IMG/VR virus record: IMGVR_UViG_3300045988_125893
From: a virus
Direction: 5' to 3' (one strand)
Length of the DNA stretch: 64,000 nt
Each line of letters starts with the position of its first letter. The first letter of the stretch is position 1. The notes under the pieces were generated by a model. It was not told the origin of the DNA. It made no database searches and saw only the letters and a list, made by a program, of their open reading frames with translations. This document shows positions 61,025-64,000 of this stretch, one piece after another. The translations under genes and the position numbers were made by a program.

Positions 61025-63283
61025 TTACCTACATTCTAATTTATTAAGATCACCTAATTCAGACTTGCTTACAGTCATGTCTTGCGTCAGACCGGATCTG
61101 TTTTGGTATGGAGCGTAATCGGTTTCTACTGTCTTAGCCTTCTGAGTAGAATCGTATTTCACCTCCGATTCGGTCCCTGTCAGATTTTGGTAGATAGATC
61201 CGGAACTGCTCTCGCTTACTTTAGACCATATCTTATTACCTACTCTTATAAAATTATCATAAATACCTTCGGCTGTTATAACACCATCTTGCTCTACGAT
61301 ATTAGGACCCGATTTTTCTTTTAACAAATACGGGTGCCTGGTGTAAAAATAGTGTTCAAAATCATTCCCGGCATACGAAGGGTCATACCTCTCTAAATAA
61401 AACAATTTTGATAAAGAAGGGTCGGTGCTGGTCATGCTATAATCAAACAACATCAACCTGTCTTTTCCAGATAAAGATAATTCTATTGATTTCAAAATAT
61501 CAGGATCATCAGAAATAAGACCCAAAGATGGACCAGGTTTGAAGTCAAGATACTTATAGGCATTATCATATAATTTTGTTTTATGGAGTTTGTTGTCAAG
61601 GTAAGATTGGTATAAATCGAATAAGGATAATGGGTTTTCGCTATCTTGTTTTTTGTTCATGTATCGACTATACTCCCGATCCACATCCATGTAAGAAACG
61701 TCAAGTACCGCCGGGTGCCCAAACGCCATCCTGGTCATTATCATGTCCTCCGTGTTCTGAGGATCCATGAACGATCTGACGTATTTTTTAATGGAATCCA
61801 TGAGCGTATTATCATCTACGTTCCGTACTTTCTCTTTATCCAAAACGCCGTTCTTAAAACAAGATTCAGGATATATTTTAGCAGGAAAGTGAGTTAGGTT
61901 GTGCTTGGCTAACACTGTTGATATTTGATACATCTCGTTAAGATCATCTTTGCTGATCCTTTGATATAGATTATCTCCTACCTTAAGCAATGAGTGTTTC
62001 TCAAATGCTTCTACTGGGTCTATATTGGATTCAGAATAAACGATATTCAAATTATCCATATACTCCGGTAATAATCCAAAATAATAATCTGTGCTATCAC
62101 CAAGAACATCATCAATAGAAGATGCCAACGTAGGAGCATAATTTACATCATTGAGCCTGGCCACATAAATATCAAGATCCAGCATCAAATTATCTATCTT
62201 AGCCAAAGATTCTTCTGTACCATCATAAGTCTCTGACGCCCCTACTATATCTATGCCAAACCACGTACAAGCCTCTTCTATATCCCATATCATGCTTCTT
62301 AAATCGGATTCAGTGTCAGCGTTAGCCCTATGTAAATAAGCTGATATACGATCTCTTAGGAACTCTATTTTGCCGGGATTGTAATAAGACAGATCTTGTA
62401 GCTTAGACAAGGATCTTCTCTTGCCTTCTACCACATCATCCCCTTCTATGTTTATTACCGGAATCTTATTCGTAGATGAAAACTCATCAAACATAGATTC
62501 GGCAAATTTTTTATCAGAAATAAATTTCTCGACCAGCTCAGGATACAGGTTCCTCAACGATTCAAAAGCAGATGAAAATTCAGAAAAGTTTTTTATGCCG
62601 CCTACTGTTTTGCACATAGCCCAATAAAGCTCAGAAGGATTATATGGTACTTTTTTACCAAATTGGTTAAACACTCCCTCCTTGTAAACAATAGGACCAT
62701 ACTGATAGTCAACAGACATAAAATAATTATCTTTTTCCCTATCATGTTCGTTATTGGAATAATCCAATAACTTCCTCATGGATGTCGAAACTTCATTAAG
62801 AACAGAAGGATCAGATAAGATTCTACTTATCTCTGTTTCATTATACAAGCCTGATCTTCTTAAATTCTGCTCATTCAGTATCAAACTACCATCTACATAA
62901 AAATAATGAAGAATGATGTTGGATAATGATGGTGCCGTATAAACACCATAGGTAGATAAAAGAAAATCCCTTACATCCTTAACATCCTGAGCCGTTAGAG
63001 GATTGGCAAAATAAGTTTGACGCTTCATATACGACAGTACGTCTTCTAAAAGAGGTTCACCATTGGAATCGGTATTAAACATCTCCCCTGGAGCCGGGTT
63101 ATTCCAATGACCGTAATACGACAAAAAACCAGGAGTGTAAGCCTTAGCCCATACCTGAAGAGCCCGCTCACTGTTTCCTAATAATTTTAAGGCACTTTCG
63201 TAAAGAACGGAAGACTCCCCGTTAGGAGACTCAACCCGTTCTATTTTATTTTCCTTCTTTTCTATCTGACATTTGACACCCAT
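61025..63283 (-). CDS. large 752-aa protein, structural candidate (portal-sized); no ATPase motifs
   Basis: uninterrupted ORF; no Walker A seen. Confidence 0.8.
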   Translation of the reverse strand: MGVKCQIEKKENKIERVESPNGESSVLYESALKLLGNSERALQVWAKAYTPGFLSYYGHWNNPAPGEMFNTDSNGEPLLEDVLSYMKRQTYFANPLTAQDVKDVRDFLLSTYGVYTAPSLSNIILHYFYVDGSLILNEQNLRRSGLYNETEISRILSDPSVLNEVSTSMRKLLDYSNNEHDREKDNYFMSVDYQYGPIVYKEGVFNQFGKKVPYNPSELYWAMCKTVGGIKNFSEFSSAFESLRNLYPELVEKFISDKKFAESMFDEFSSTNKIPVINIEGDDVVEGKRRSLSKLQDLSYYNPGKIEFLRDRISAYLHRANADTESDLRSMIWDIEEACTWFGIDIVGASETYDGTEESLAKIDNLMLDLDIYVARLNDVNYAPTLASSIDDVLGDSTDYYFGLLPEYMDNLNIVYSESNIDPVEAFEKHSLLKVGDNLYQRISKDDLNEMYQISTVLAKHNLTHFPAKIYPESCFKNGVLDKEKVRNVDDNTLMDSIKKYVRSFMDPQNTEDMIMTRMAFGHPAVLDVSYMDVDREYSRYMNKKQDSENPLSLFDLYQSYLDNKLHKTKLYDNAYKYLDFKPGPSLGLISDDPDILKSIELSLSGKDRLMLFDYSMTSTDPSLSKLFYLERYDPSYAGNDFEHYFYTRHPYLLKEKSGPNIVEQDGVITAEGIYDNFIRVGNKIWSKVSESSSGSIYQNLTGTESEVKYDSTQKAKTVETDYAPYQNRSGLTQDMTVSKSELGDLNKLECR

Positions 63284-63309
63284 AATAATTAACTTTTTTG
63301 CAAAGTTAA

Positions 63310-63849
63310 TTATAAAACCGACTTATACAATGACGGATCCCAAACTCCTTCTATATAAATCTCTGGAAAACTCAAACCACCATCACGAAGAGTAGTGACT
63401 TCCAAGCTGGGAATGTTGAAAACAGTGCAAACATCACCAAACTCACGGCTCAACTTAATAGCATTTCCGCTGTTATCAGCTTCATAATAACAATAACAAT
63501 AATTTTCATTAATGCTTGGATCATATTCGTACCAATATGTTAGATCTTGTATATGGTCTTCTATATTACCAATTTTATTTTCACCTAATATAAAAATGCC
63601 ACTATTGCTATGATGATAAACCATAGATTCATAACCACCATAATTCCAATCACTATTAAACATTATGTAACTAACATCGGAATCATGATCTTTTAATACA
63701 GGTCCTATATGTATATGAATTTTATTAAACTGACATACATAAGGTCTTTTTCCTCCAAGCCTTTTTATATCTTCATTAGATAACTTATTATAACATCCTC
63801 CCGCGAAATTATCCGTAGCATTAAAGAATCTCCTTCTCATACTCAACAC
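63310..63849 (-). CDS. hypothetical protein (start may be ATG at ~63837)
   Basis: ORF 179 aa. Confidence 0.6.
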   Translation of the reverse strand: MLSMRRRFFNATDNFAGGCYNKLSNEDIKRLGGKRPYVCQFNKIHIHIGPVLKDHDSDVSYIMFNSDWNYGGYESMVYHHSNSGIFILGENKIGNIEDHIQDLTYWYEYDPSINENYCYCYYEADNSGNAIKLSREFGDVCTVFNIPSLEVTTLRDGGLSFPEIYIEGVWDPSLYKSVL

Positions 63850-64000
63850 TCTTTGTTTAACTCATTTATCGAATCCGAATTATCAGAACCTTCTACAAGA
63901 TTCTTATTCCTATCTATCTCTTCCTGGCTCATGTTTCTTATCATGTTCTGTATTTCTCTTCCAGATTGTAATAAGGAACGTATAAATTCACTGGAACTTA
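63843..64000 (-). CDS. 3' end of a gene whose start lies beyond the window (...SINELNKEC*)
   Basis: open minus-strand frame to window edge; TGTTGAgtATGA coupling with next gene. Confidence 0.4.
   Translation of the reverse strand, partial: SSSEFIRSLLQSGREIQNMIRNMSQEEIDRNKNLVEGSDNSDSINELNKEC

Noticed and set aside
1-64000. CRISPR arrays, rRNA genes, integrase/att sites
   Set aside because: No regularly spaced direct repeats were found. There is no rRNA-like conserved sequence and no tyrosine or serine recombinase motifs in any ORF.

Overview
This window reads as a contiguous segment of a large, low-GC (judged by eye, not computed) double-stranded DNA phage or phage-like genome. About 90 tightly packed, mostly small ORFs lie on the + strand from 1 to about 45.1 kb, many with 4-nt ATGA start/stop overlaps. 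The rest of the window (45.4-64 kb) is a convergent minus-strand block. Several gene starts carry canonical AAGGAGG Shine-Dalgarno sequences. An NfeD plus flotillin gene pair, the arrangement seen in the B. subtilis yuaF-floT operon, is also present. Together these point weakly to a Firmicutes-type host.

Recognisable content:
- Early region (1-5.6 kb): small Cys-rich and zinc-ribbon ORFs, punctuated by a family of GC-rich stem-loops that share a conserved loop motif. Two copies of a tRNA T-arm-like leader motif sit directly upstream of two ORF starts.
- Replication and recombination module: a CHC2-Zn/Toprim-like primase candidate, a DnaB-family helicase, a Cas4-like PD-(D/E)XK nuclease with a Cys cluster, and an SF2 DECH helicase interrupted by a 316-aa intein inserted exactly in motif II.
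- Accessory cargo: a compact ABC-type ATPase next to a DUF1566-like protein; an acyl-carrier-protein, NfeD and flotillin operon; and an IS1595-family transposase with an adjacent P63C-like protein.
- Minus-strand block: a 2138-aa giant ORF, an island of small genes that includes a Tad2/DUF2829-like fusion (a candidate anti-Thoeris sponge), a frameshifted IS605-family tnpB with a GC-rich candidate omega-RNA/right-end segment, and a cluster of unusual Cys-, Gly/Asn/Gln- and Arg/Glu-rich proteins.

No rRNA, canonical tRNA, CRISPR array or integrase was found. Functional calls rest on motif recognition by eye and remain hypotheses until profile searches are run.
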